Source of the DNA: an uncultured Bacteroidales bacterium
Lineage (GTDB): Bacteria; Bacteroidota; Bacteroidia; Bacteroidales; UBA11471
DNA: 64,000 bases
Assembly: GCA_947625885.1 (NCBI GenBank)
Contig: CANQQA010000011.1
Location: forward strand, 3,442-67,441
Direction: 5' to 3'
Shown here: positions 8,623 through 17,967 of the stretch, piece after piece
How the letters are laid out: each line of letters begins with the position of its first letter
How positions within the stretch are numbered: position 1 is the stretch's first letter
The notes under the pieces: generated by a model
The model's database searches: none
Told to the model about the DNA's origin: nothing
What the model saw: the letters and a program-made list of their open reading frames with translations, nothing else
Position numbers and translations under genes: made by a program

Positions 8623-10074
8623 ATGAAAAAAACTTATCAATTACTCCTTATTTCCTTCTACGTTTGTTTAGTCGTAGGGACATTCTTTATTCGTCCGGCC
8701 GATGATGATTGGTGGAGCGCAGCTTATCCCAGATTTAATTTTTCAATTACAGATTTGTTGCCTTCCGGAGCTTTTTGGAGACCGATAGAAAATACTCTCG
8801 GCGGAATATTGGCTTATATGCCGATTTTATTTCCATATGTAAATCACTTTTTAGTCATCACACTTTTTACACTATCGGCATGGATTTCATGTAAAATCAT
8901 GCGGATTTGTCGTATTAAAGAAACGATTCGGGAAATTGCATTTTTTGTAATTCTGCTTTCTCCGGCAGGTATGGCAACCTTGTTTTCAGTCGATGCCATC
9001 AATCAAGCAGGAGCGACTCTTTTCGGATTGTTATCAATTTATGCTTATCTGAAAAACAACGGCTGGAAACGGTATGTATATTGGATTTTATGTACGACCG
9101 TAGCTGTATTTTTCAAAGAGTCCGGCATTGCATATTTTATAGCGACACCCTTGTTTGCCCTTGCTTTGAGCAAGCCTGATTGGAAATATCTTTTGTCGAT
9201 AAAGAAATATGGAGCCCCGTTCATAATTGGTATTTTAAGCGCCTGCGTTTATCTGTTTTTCCGTATCATACTTAATAATGGAGAAATTTCATCTGTCGAC
9301 GATGATTCCAACTATGCCATGCACTTCTCTATCGTAAACATCATTAAAAATGCCGGACTCCTCACGGGAAGTGTCTTTTCAACAATCGACCCTCTTGCCA
9401 TATTTTGCCCTCCACGCAATCCGCTAATTGCGGCAATAACGCTTCTCGCCGGACTGCCCATTCTGATATTGACAATTAGTGCCCTGATCAAAGAATTGAG
9501 GCACAATGAGAATATTTTGAAATATGTACTATTAATCCTCGCGATTGTTTGCGTTATGTCTCCACATCTGTTGATGGGACATTGCGGTGAAATGCACGCT
9601 TATTCAATACTGCCTTTATGTATTATCTCGGTTGCGCTAATTTTTGATTCTGTCCTCGCTACGGGAAAAATCTATTTTATTTCACTCGCTCTATATTTCA
9701 TCGCCGCTATGGGTATAGACATTCATAAATTTACGACAATGTACCGTTATAGCTTATTAGGTGAAATTTACGCTACACAAATCGACAAACAATCAACCCG
9801 TATTCCCCAGAACGTATTGATTATCGAATCGCAAAATAATAATATCATAGTTTATTCCGTATTTTACTCATCTTCTCCGAAAAGGTCTTTTCAACAGGGA
9901 GAATATTACCGATGGAAGCATCATTATCATTATCCTCAAAAGATTTATTATGAACCTTTGAATGAAGTACCTACCGATATAGAAATCGAAGAATATATAA
10001 AATCTTATCGTCAAAATTCCATTGATTGCGTATGGCTCATTAATGATACCATAGTTAATGTAATTGAACTATAA
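8623..10074 (+). CDS. Polytopic membrane protein, GT-C-fold (ArnT/PMT-like) glycosyltransferase candidate
   Basis: It is 483 aa with about 11-13 hydrophobic segments. An acidic motif follows TM1 (FFIRPADDDWWSAAYP), as in the first loop of GT-C enzymes. GC is clearly lower than in the flanking genes. Confidence 0.5.
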   Translation: MKKTYQLLLISFYVCLVVGTFFIRPADDDWWSAAYPRFNFSITDLLPSGAFWRPIENTLGGILAYMPILFPYVNHFLVITLFTLSAWISCKIMRICRIKETIREIAFFVILLSPAGMATLFSVDAINQAGATLFGLLSIYAYLKNNGWKRYVYWILCTTVAVFFKESGIAYFIATPLFALALSKPDWKYLLSIKKYGAPFIIGILSACVYLFFRIILNNGEISSVDDDSNYAMHFSIVNIIKNAGLLTGSVFSTIDPLAIFCPPRNPLIAAITLLAGLPILILTISALIKELRHNENILKYVLLILAIVCVMSPHLLMGHCGEMHAYSILPLCIISVALIFDSVLATGKIYFISLALYFIAAMGIDIHKFTTMYRYSLLGEIYATQIDKQSTRIPQNVLIIESQNNNIIVYSVFYSSSPKRSFQQGEYYRWKHHYHYPQKIYYEPLNEVPTDIEIEEYIKSYRQNSIDCVWLINDTIVNVIEL

Positions 10075-10097
10075 GATTTTCAGCATATTGGGATTTT

Positions 10098-10136
10098 GAC
10101 GAGCCGCAACAAGGGAAAACCTTGTTGCGGCTCGTC
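10098..10136. terminator. Perfect 17-bp hairpin between convergent genes
   Basis: gacgagccgcaacaagg-gaaaa-ccttgttgcggctcgtc. It has no strong U-tract. Confidence 0.6.
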
Positions 10137-10157
10137 TGATAAATAACGCTTTCACAT

Positions 10158-12842
10158 CTAACACAATCCCGTGCGGCGGGAGGCGAAAATCAGGGCGCGT
10201 ATGGCATTATTGAGTTCCGTTTGTTGCAGCAGGTTTTCGAGGGTCAGGTGCATACGGTAACGCCAATAGTTGCGGGTATCGGCGGGGACGTTGATGCGTT
10301 CTGCGGCAATGTCGGTACGGCGCACGTCGAGCGAAATGGAGAGCCAGTCCTGCAACGGCAATATGGCGAGCATCGCCGGCGATTGCAGGTGTTTCTCGAT
10401 AACGGCGCGGCAAAGATGCGGCGGACAATGTACGGGAGCATCGCCCTCCTGCCCCAGCACGGCATTGTAATAGCGCTGCGTGGCAGCGGGGTTTTCTTCC
10501 CACCAGCCTCGAATGCCCGACATATCGTGCGTGGAGGTGGTGCACACCGACAAGTAGGGATAGCGGGTGGTGTCGCCGAACTCGCAATGCGGCTCCTTAG
10601 GCATACGCTGTATTTCCAAAGAGAGTATCTGCAAACGGTTCATGACTTCGGGCACGCTTTCGGGTATCATGCCCAAGTCTTCGCCACAGACCAGCATACC
10701 GGTCGATGACAGGAGCGGCGGCAGTTTTTTCAAGGCTTCTTCTTTCCAGAAAAGATTGTGGCGGCGATAATAAAAATCGTCGTGCAAGCGGCTGAAAACC
10801 TCCTGCTCCTGCCCGCTCAACGCCGCAAAACTGTACGTGCTGCGTGCCGCGATGCGGGGGTGCCACGCTGCCGGCGCGTAGGGGTCGGCAACAAAGAGTA
10901 CTTCGTCGGTAAGCCGCAGCAATCCGCCTACGATGACCGACGTTTTTTTATCGACGGCATCGCCGAAGCGAGCGACGATTTTCTGCTGGGTATCGACTTC
11001 GGGGCGCAGAGCATACGTATCGCCGCCCTGCGGCAGCAGGTATTTTTCCTCCACCTCCTGCCGGTATTTGCCGAAAAGTTCTGAGAGCATGTATTCCCGA
11101 ATATAGGGAGCCGCGTGCCGGCGTTCGTCGAAAGCGAATCCGCAGGCGGCAAGTTCCCCTGCGGTATAGGGCAGCGCGGCATTGAAATGCCCGAGCAGCC
11201 CCTCCACTGCCGTGTCGGGAATTTCCCAAATGCGGAAAAATCCCAATATATGGTCTATGCGGTAGGCGTCGAAATATTCCGCCATTTTCACGAAGCGCGC
11301 TTTCCACCACGCATATCCGTCTTTTGCCATCTCCGCCCAGTTGTAGGTGGGGAATCCCCAGTTCTGTCCCGTAACGGAAAAATCGTCGGGCGGCGCGCCC
11401 GCCTGCATACCGAAATTGAAAAGTTGCGGATTCGTCCACGCATCGGCGCTGTCGCGGCTCACGCCGATAGGTATGTCGCCTTTCAACGCCACCCCGTGCG
11501 ACAGAGCGTACTTTTTCACCCGCAACAATTGCGTATGCAGGTGATACTGTATGAAATAGTGCAGGGCTATCTGAGGATAGGCTTCGCTCTCTTTCGATGC
11601 CAGCCGTGCGACCTTTGCCGCGTCGTACACGGCATATTCGCCCCACTCCGTAAACACGGGCGTGCCGTTTTTATCGCGCAGGTAACAATAGACGGCGTAA
11701 GGCACGAGCCACGTTTTGTTCTTTTGAAAAAAGTCGAGGAACTCCGGCATTGCCAATACCGCCTCGCCCTGTTCGGCAAAAAGGCGGCGCAGGTAATCGC
11801 TTTTGAGCTTCGTAACGGCTTCGTAATCGACGGCAGACAGCTCATTGAGCCGCTCCGCCTCTTTCTCGAAACGCACCATTTCCATGATGTCGTGCAGACG
11901 TCCCGCCGCCGGCAGATGCAGGTAAGCCGGGTGCAACGCATACACGGAGTTGGCTCGGTAGGGATAGGAATCGAGCCACGTGTGCCGCATCGTCGTGTCG
12001 TTGATAGGCAGCACCTGTATGAATTTCTGTCCCGTAAGCACCGCCCAATCAATCATTTTTTCGAGGTCGAGAAATTCCCCGATGCCCCAACTCGACTGCG
12101 ACTTCAACGAAAATACGGGAATAGCCACACCGGCACCGCGCCACAACGGTCGCACGAGGCGCAGATGCGCCCCTGCAACAATCACCGTCTCGCCCTCTTT
12201 CGGAGGCAACAGCGACAGCCGGCGGTTATCACCCGCCTCCCACGCCACGATACGGCGGGTGGTCTTGTCGATGACGACGAATTTATATTCTATCGGTGTG
12301 CGCAACACGTCGGCAGGTAGCGTAACCGACCACACGGGATATGCCCTGTCGGAGAGCACGACGGCTTGCGCTTCGTTCCATGCCGACTCGGTGAATGTGC
12401 CGACTATCGCCACCGATTCCTGCGGCAGCAGCGCCGGCGCCGTCACCTCGAAACGGACACCGCATTCCCGCAACTCTTCCCGCGTAGAAAGCGGTCGCCC
12501 GAAAAAACGACCGTTCAAGAATGCCGACGAAAGAAAGGGAGCGTCAGGCTCGGTAATCTGCCACGCATCGTATATGCGGTAAGCCTCCACACCCGCGCGG
12601 GGGCGGAACGTATGCCGTCCCTCCTCCTGTCGGGAAATTCTACCGTTCTCCCTCACAAAATAGCGATAGACAAACGGTGCGCCTGCGGGCATCTCCACCG
12701 AAGCAGCCCACTGTCCGTTTTCGGTACAGAGCATGGGAAGCGCACGACTTTCGTCGTTAGCGCCCAACGCCTCCGGTTCGCCCGACAGAAAAAGCTGCTC
12801 GCCCCAGCGGGAATGGTATTCGATAAAGAAAGTCAGTTGCAC
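10158..12842 (-). CDS. malQ: 4-alpha-glucanotransferase (amylomaltase, GH77) with N-terminal starch-binding-like domains
   Basis: It is 894 aa. It has the Bacteroides-type N-terminus MQLTFFIEYHSRWGEQL and GH77-like core motifs (YRIDHILGFFRIWEIP, CGEDLGMIP). The GTG start lies 1 nt after the nrdJ stop. Confidence 0.85.
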   Translation of the reverse strand: MQLTFFIEYHSRWGEQLFLSGEPEALGANDESRALPMLCTENGQWAASVEMPAGAPFVYRYFVRENGRISRQEEGRHTFRPRAGVEAYRIYDAWQITEPDAPFLSSAFLNGRFFGRPLSTREELRECGVRFEVTAPALLPQESVAIVGTFTESAWNEAQAVVLSDRAYPVWSVTLPADVLRTPIEYKFVVIDKTTRRIVAWEAGDNRRLSLLPPKEGETVIVAGAHLRLVRPLWRGAGVAIPVFSLKSQSSWGIGEFLDLEKMIDWAVLTGQKFIQVLPINDTTMRHTWLDSYPYRANSVYALHPAYLHLPAAGRLHDIMEMVRFEKEAERLNELSAVDYEAVTKLKSDYLRRLFAEQGEAVLAMPEFLDFFQKNKTWLVPYAVYCYLRDKNGTPVFTEWGEYAVYDAAKVARLASKESEAYPQIALHYFIQYHLHTQLLRVKKYALSHGVALKGDIPIGVSRDSADAWTNPQLFNFGMQAGAPPDDFSVTGQNWGFPTYNWAEMAKDGYAWWKARFVKMAEYFDAYRIDHILGFFRIWEIPDTAVEGLLGHFNAALPYTAGELAACGFAFDERRHAAPYIREYMLSELFGKYRQEVEEKYLLPQGGDTYALRPEVDTQQKIVARFGDAVDKKTSVIVGGLLRLTDEVLFVADPYAPAAWHPRIAARSTYSFAALSGQEQEVFSRLHDDFYYRRHNLFWKEEALKKLPPLLSSTGMLVCGEDLGMIPESVPEVMNRLQILSLEIQRMPKEPHCEFGDTTRYPYLSVCTTSTHDMSGIRGWWEENPAATQRYYNAVLGQEGDAPVHCPPHLCRAVIEKHLQSPAMLAILPLQDWLSISLDVRRTDIAAERINVPADTRNYWRYRMHLTLENLLQQTELNNAIRALIFASRRTGLC

Positions 12843-12843
12843 A

Positions 12844-15372
12844 TTATCCGCATTTGGAAGTTCCGCACGAAGTGCATATCAGGCAGCCCTCTTGGTAAAT
12901 AAGCGTTTCCTGTCCGCACTTCGGACAGGTCTGTCCGCTGGCTACCGTACCGTTCGGCATATACTTTTTCAAGGCTCTCTCCACGCCGTTTTTCCACGTA
13001 TTGATGGTATGGCTGTCGAGTTCGAGACTCGAAATGAGTTTCAATACCTGATCAATAGGCATACCGTAGCGCAGCACGCCCGAAATCAGCTTGGCATAGT
13101 TCCAGTATTCGGGATTGAATTTTTCGGAAAGTCCTTCGATGGTGGTTTTGTAGCCGCGTTTGTTCCGGAATTGGAAATCGTAGTGTTTGTTGCCGTTTTC
13201 ATCGACGGCTTTGATGATTTTTCCGGAAGTGATATTTTTCGGTATCAGTATGCCGTCTTCGTCGTCGGCAAGACCGGTAAATATTTCGTAAGGCTTACCG
13301 TCTTTCAAACCGACGAAAGCAATCCATTTTTCACGGTTGTTCTGGAAGCGCACCACGTCGGCATCGAGTTCGATAGGACGTTTCAAAACGAGAGGCTGCA
13401 CGGGAGCCGCTTTCGGAGCGTCTTTCGAGGCGGCAATCAGCACGCCCGAACGGGAGCCTTCGCGGTATACCGTACACCCTTTGCAGCCGCTGCGCCATGC
13501 CTCGACATACAACTTGCCCACCAACTCTTCCGTTACGTCGGCAGGGAGATTTATCGTTACGCTGATGGAGTGATCGACCCACTTCTGCACACGTCCCTGC
13601 ATACGCACTTTCTGTATCCAGTCGATGTCGTTGGCGGTAGCCTTGTAATAGGGCGACTTGGCAACGATGCGGTCTATATCTTCCTGCGTATAGTTGGTAC
13701 GGACTTCATAACCGTGCGTCTCCATCCACGTAATGAATTTATGGTGATAAACCAGATATTCCTCGAAAGCGTCGCCCGACTCATCGACGTAGTCAATATG
13801 CACGTCGGCATCGTTGGGATTGACTTTGCGGCGACGACGGTACACCGGCATAAATACCGGCTCGATACCCGATGTGGTCTGCGTCATCAGACTCGTCGTG
13901 CCGGTGGGTGCGATGGTCAGACAGGCGATATTGCGGCGACCCGATTTCACCATGTCGGCGTATAATTCGGGGTCGGCTTCCCGCAGGCGGTTGATGAAGG
14001 GGTTGTTTTTCTCGCGCTCGGCATCGAATACTTCGAAAGCGCCGCGCTCTTTTGCCATTTCCACCGACGAGCGGTAAGCCGCCAGCGCCAATGCGCGATG
14101 CACGGTTTCCGAAAATGCGGTGGCTTTCTCCGTTCCGTAACGCAGTCCCATGGCGGCAATCATATCGCCTTCGGCGGTGGTGCCCACGCCGGTGCGGCGA
14201 CCTTGCAGCGTCTTGTGGCGAATCTTTTCCCACAAATGTATTTCAGTGTGTTTTATCTCTTCCGATTCGGGGTCGGAATGGATTTTTTCCAGAATCTTGT
14301 CGATTTTCTCCATTTCGAGGTCGATGATGTCGTCCATGATGCGCTGCGCCAAAATGATATGGCGGCGGAACAGGTCGAAATCGAAACGGGCGTTCGGCGT
14401 AAAAGGATCGACCACATAAGAATAGAGATTTATCGCCAGCAAACGGCAGCTGTCGTAAGGACAAAGGGGTATTTCGCCGCACGGGTTGGTGGAAATGGTG
14501 CGGAAGCCCAAATCGGCGTAGCAATCGGGTATGGACTCGCGTATAATCGTATCCCAGAACAGGACACCGGGCTCTGCCGACTTCCACGCATTGTGCACGA
14601 TTTTTTTCCATATCGCCTGCGCATCGACCTCTTTGGTTACCAGCGGGTGATCGCTATCCACCGGAAACTGCTGCACATAGGGCTTGCCGTCGATAGCCGC
14701 CTGCATGAAATCGTCGGTGATGCGCACCGACACGTTAGCGCCCGTAACCTTGCCTTCGGTCATTTTGGCGTCGATGAAAGACTCGGAATCGGGGTGCTTT
14801 ATCGACACGCTGAGCATCAATGCGCCGCGCCGTCCGTCTTGCGCCACCTCGCGGGTAGAGTTGGAATAGCGTTCCATAAAGGGCACCAAACCCGTCGAAG
14901 TCAAAGCGGAGTTTTTCACGGGCGAGCCTTTCGGGCGCATGTGGGACAAGTCGTGCCCCACGCCGCCGCGCCGCTTCATCAGCTGCACCTGCTCCTCGTC
15001 GATTTTCATCACGCCGCCGTAGGAATCGGCATCACCGTCCATACCTATGACAAAACAGTTCGACAACGAGCCTATCTGGAAGTCGTTGCCGATGCCGCTC
15101 ATCGGTCCGCCCTGCGGCACGATGTAACGGAAATCGCGAAAGACCTCCATCAACTCTTCCACCGAAAGCGGATTGGGATATTTGTTTTCGATACGTGCTA
15201 TCTCCTTGGCGAGACGCAAGTGCATATCTTCGGGATTCTGTTCGTAAATATTTCCGAAAGAATCTTTCAATGCGTATTTATTGACCCACACACGTGCAGC
15301 CAATTCATCGCCTTTGAAGTATTCCAAAGATGAATGGAATGCTTCATCATAAGTATACGTTTTCGTTTCCAC
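12844..15372 (-). CDS. nrdJ: Adenosylcobalamin-dependent (class II) ribonucleotide reductase
   Basis: It is 842 aa: METKTYTYDEAFHSSLEYFKGDELAARVWVNKYALKD..., NPCGEIPL, and a C-terminal Cys-rich tail CPKCGQETLIYQEGCLICTSCG. The start codon is GTG. Confidence 0.85.
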   Translation of the reverse strand: METKTYTYDEAFHSSLEYFKGDELAARVWVNKYALKDSFGNIYEQNPEDMHLRLAKEIARIENKYPNPLSVEELMEVFRDFRYIVPQGGPMSGIGNDFQIGSLSNCFVIGMDGDADSYGGVMKIDEEQVQLMKRRGGVGHDLSHMRPKGSPVKNSALTSTGLVPFMERYSNSTREVAQDGRRGALMLSVSIKHPDSESFIDAKMTEGKVTGANVSVRITDDFMQAAIDGKPYVQQFPVDSDHPLVTKEVDAQAIWKKIVHNAWKSAEPGVLFWDTIIRESIPDCYADLGFRTISTNPCGEIPLCPYDSCRLLAINLYSYVVDPFTPNARFDFDLFRRHIILAQRIMDDIIDLEMEKIDKILEKIHSDPESEEIKHTEIHLWEKIRHKTLQGRRTGVGTTAEGDMIAAMGLRYGTEKATAFSETVHRALALAAYRSSVEMAKERGAFEVFDAEREKNNPFINRLREADPELYADMVKSGRRNIACLTIAPTGTTSLMTQTTSGIEPVFMPVYRRRRKVNPNDADVHIDYVDESGDAFEEYLVYHHKFITWMETHGYEVRTNYTQEDIDRIVAKSPYYKATANDIDWIQKVRMQGRVQKWVDHSISVTINLPADVTEELVGKLYVEAWRSGCKGCTVYREGSRSGVLIAASKDAPKAAPVQPLVLKRPIELDADVVRFQNNREKWIAFVGLKDGKPYEIFTGLADDEDGILIPKNITSGKIIKAVDENGNKHYDFQFRNKRGYKTTIEGLSEKFNPEYWNYAKLISGVLRYGMPIDQVLKLISSLELDSHTINTWKNGVERALKKYMPNGTVASGQTCPKCGQETLIYQEGCLICTSCGTSKCG

Positions 15373-15458
15373 GATGTTTGTGTTTGTTTAATTCGTTTTT
15401 TCAGTTTTGGTATAGATTCAAGGCTTTTTTAGAAGTAGAATTTTGATTTTGCAAGTTT

Positions 15459-15594
15459 ACGAAAAAGTTTCTATCCTGTCAAGAGTTATACAAAATATTT
15501 TTTCAACATTTCGTAAAGTTTTCCATTTTATCAAATAATAATATTGATTATCAATTGATTGAAAAATATTAATGGCGAAAAAGTTTTCCATTTA
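15459..15594. repeat. Three dispersed copies of a CG(A/T)AAAGTTTyCyAT motif in the nrdJ/nitroreductase divergent intergenic region
   Basis: The copies are cgaaaaagtttctat (15460-15474), cgtaaagttttccattt (15512-15528) and cgaaaaagttttccattt (15576-15593). Confidence 0.6.
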
Positions 15595-15707
15595 TGAAAA
15601 TAGAGGCATCATTTTTTCGGCAATACCTTACCAAATAAGAAGATTTCTTCACATACCCTCTCCAATAAATTCTTTCTCTTTTTTCTTTATCATATTAAAA
15701 TAAACCG

Positions 15708-15715
15708 TATATTTG
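15708..15715 (+). promoter_or_regulatory. -7 promoter box (TAtaTTTG)
   Basis: It matches TAnnTTTG 22 nt upstream of the ATG at 15737. Confidence 0.45.
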
Positions 15716-15736
15716 TTCAACTAATTTCATTCGACT

Positions 15737-16483
15737 ATGGATTTGAATTTTCTGAAAAATCGTCGCACCATACGGAAGTATAGCGACAAAGATATTCCCG
15801 ATTCGCTGCTGAACGAACTTTTGGAAGCGGCTTTCCGTGTCTCCACCACCGGCAATATGCAGGTGTATAGTGTCGTTGTTACCCGCGACGCCGAGAACAA
15901 GAAAAAACTCGCGCCGGCGCACTTCAACCAGCCGACGGTAACGGAGGCACCGGTCGTATTGACATTCTGCGCCGACTTCAACCGCTTCGTCAAATGGTGC
16001 GAACAACGCCGCGCCGTGCCCGGCTACGACAACTTCCAGTCGTTCTTTACCGCCTGCATCGACGCCCTGCTGGCTGCCCAGCAATTCTGTACGGCTGCCG
16101 AAGCCGCCGGATTGGGCATTTGCTATTTAGGTACGACCACTTACAACGCCGACCAAATAATCGAGGCGTTGAACCTTCCCCGACTGGTAGTGCCCGTAAC
16201 CACGATTACAGTTGGCTACCCGGCAGTGGTGCCCGAACAGCCGGAGCGTCTGCCCCTCGAAGCTATCGTCCACCGCGAAAGTTATCGCGACTACACGGCT
16301 GCCGACATCGACCGTCTGTACGCCGAGAAAGAGAATCTTCCCGTCAATAAAGGATTCGTCGCCGAAAACCACAAGGAAACGCTGGCACAAGTATTTACGG
16401 ATATTCGCTATCCGAAAGCCAACAACGAACATTTTTCCGATGTATTCCTGCACGTCATCGAAGAACAGGGCTTCCACTTTTAA
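15737..16483 (+). CDS. Nitroreductase-family NAD(P)H oxidoreductase
   Basis: LKNRRTIRKYSDKDIPDSLLNELLEAAFRVSTTGNMQ is a typical nitroreductase N-terminus. Confidence 0.75.
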   Translation: MDLNFLKNRRTIRKYSDKDIPDSLLNELLEAAFRVSTTGNMQVYSVVVTRDAENKKKLAPAHFNQPTVTEAPVVLTFCADFNRFVKWCEQRRAVPGYDNFQSFFTACIDALLAAQQFCTAAEAAGLGICYLGTTTYNADQIIEALNLPRLVVPVTTITVGYPAVVPEQPERLPLEAIVHRESYRDYTAADIDRLYAEKENLPVNKGFVAENHKETLAQVFTDIRYPKANNEHFSDVFLHVIEEQGFHF

Positions 16484-16507
16484 GCGCGGCTTTGCGTCAT
16501 AAAACAA

Positions 16508-16538
16508 GCGGGGCGGGATTATGAAAATCCCGCCCCGC
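16508..16538. terminator. Bidirectional hairpin terminator
   Basis: gcggggcggga-ttatgaaaa-tcccgccccgc lies between the convergent nitroreductase gene and dnaA. Confidence 0.65.
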
Positions 16539-16569
16539 ACATTTCCGAGCCGTTTTTTTGAATCCTGTC

Positions 16570-17967
16570 CTACATCTTCAACGTCTGCTCTATTTCTTCC
16601 ACCTGCGCCCGCAGTTTTTTATCTATTTCCACCTGATCGGCTATCGTCTTGCAGGCATAATGCACGGTTGCATGGTCTTTCCCGCCCAACCGCAATCCGA
16701 TATACGATAACGGGTGGTCGGTGTATTTCTTGGAGAGATACATGGAAATCTGCCGCGCCAACGCAATTTCGCGCTTCCGCGTTTTCGATTGCAGCAAGCT
16801 CACTTCCATATTATAATAAGCGCACACCTTCTGTTGTATCAGCTCTATGGTAATCTGCTGTTTGCGCATCTGGACAATCGACGCCAGCACGCATTCCGCC
16901 ATATCTACCGAAATCTCCTTTTTGAGAATAACCGAACGGGCTATCAACGAAGATACGATGCCCTCCAATTCCCGCACATTGGAAACATTTCGCGCAATGG
17001 AGTCGATTACATCGTCGGAGATGACGATGCCGTCTTTTTTCAATTTACTGCGTAAGATGCTTTTCCGCAGTTCGTAGTCGGGACGTTCCACTTCTGCCGA
17101 AAGCCCCCATTTGAATCGCGTAAGCAGGCGTTCCTCCATGCCTTCGAGCGACACCGGCGGACGGTCGGAAGTCAATACCAACTGTTTCCCCGTTTGATGC
17201 AAATGATTGAAAATATGGAAGAATGTATTTTGCGTAGCCGTTTTTCCCGCCAAATCCTGTATGTCATCAATAAGCAATACATCAATACTTTGGTAGAAAT
17301 TGATGAAGTCGTTTACAGTGTTGTTGCGCACGGCATTGGTGAATTGCACCTGAAAGAGATGCGACGAGAGGTAAAGCACGCGCGCCTGAGGATTCAGGGC
17401 TTTCGCCTTTGCCCCGATAGCCTGTATCAAATGGGTCTTACCCACACCCGACTCGCCGTAAAGGAACAGCGGATTGAAAGCGGTTTTTCCGGGCTGTTGG
17501 GCGACGCTTTCGCCGGCTGAACGAGCCAACAGGTTGCTGCTTCCGGCAAGATAATTGTCGAAACTGTAACACGGATTGAGCTGCGAATCGAGTTCTTTAT
17601 ATACAGGCTGTTTGAAAGGATCTGCCACCCGAGTGGGTTCCGTTACGCCTTTGGTGGATTTTTGAGTTTCGGTAGTGGAGCGGAAAGAGACGGTCTCGTT
17701 TGTCTCCGGTTCTTTGACGACAGACGTATGGTAGGACAAGCGAATGTCTTGTCCGAAAACACGCATCAAAGTACGTTGAAGAATATCGGCGAAATGTTCG
17801 TCAAGGTACTCGCAAAAGAATCGAGACGGGACCTGTATTGTCAATTCATTATCGGAGTATCGAAGAGCACGAGTCGGTTCAAACCAAGTTTCGTATTGCT
17901 TTTCCGATATATTATCTCTGATAATGGATAGACAGCGGTCCCATAATGAGACGTAGTCTAACTCCAT
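16570..17967 (-). CDS. dnaA: Chromosomal replication initiator protein DnaA
   Basis: It is 465 aa, with Walker A GESGVGKTHL, Walker B LLIDDIQ, and a C-terminal DNA-binding domain (...GGKDHATVHYACKTI). Confidence 0.95.
   Translation of the reverse strand: MELDYVSLWDRCLSIIRDNISEKQYETWFEPTRALRYSDNELTIQVPSRFFCEYLDEHFADILQRTLMRVFGQDIRLSYHTSVVKEPETNETVSFRSTTETQKSTKGVTEPTRVADPFKQPVYKELDSQLNPCYSFDNYLAGSSNLLARSAGESVAQQPGKTAFNPLFLYGESGVGKTHLIQAIGAKAKALNPQARVLYLSSHLFQVQFTNAVRNNTVNDFINFYQSIDVLLIDDIQDLAGKTATQNTFFHIFNHLHQTGKQLVLTSDRPPVSLEGMEERLLTRFKWGLSAEVERPDYELRKSILRSKLKKDGIVISDDVIDSIARNVSNVRELEGIVSSLIARSVILKKEISVDMAECVLASIVQMRKQQITIELIQQKVCAYYNMEVSLLQSKTRKREIALARQISMYLSKKYTDHPLSYIGLRLGGKDHATVHYACKTIADQVEIDKKLRAQVEEIEQTLKM

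Noticed and set aside
11115-12320. A 401-aa + strand ORF, plus several ORFs of 60-230 aa in 10.2-12.9 kb
   Set aside because: They overlap malQ on the opposite strand or in other frames. malQ carries the family motifs and these ORFs do not.
12733-15333. Long + strand ORFs (12733-13965 and 14098-15333, about 410 aa each)
   Set aside because: They are antisense shadows of nrdJ with low-complexity R/G/V/H-rich translations.
15459-15594. A small minus-strand ORF of about 44 codons (MENFFAINIF...) starting within the third repeat copy
   Set aside because: The repeat copies fall in different frames. The ORF is short and AT-driven, with no ribosome-binding or conservation evidence.
15373-15736. 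A cobalamin riboswitch or NrdR boxes upstream of nrdJ
   Set aside because: There is no B12-box (GCCACTG) or conserved riboswitch core, and no acaCwAtATaTwgtgt-type palindromes. Only the triplicated motif reported separately is present.
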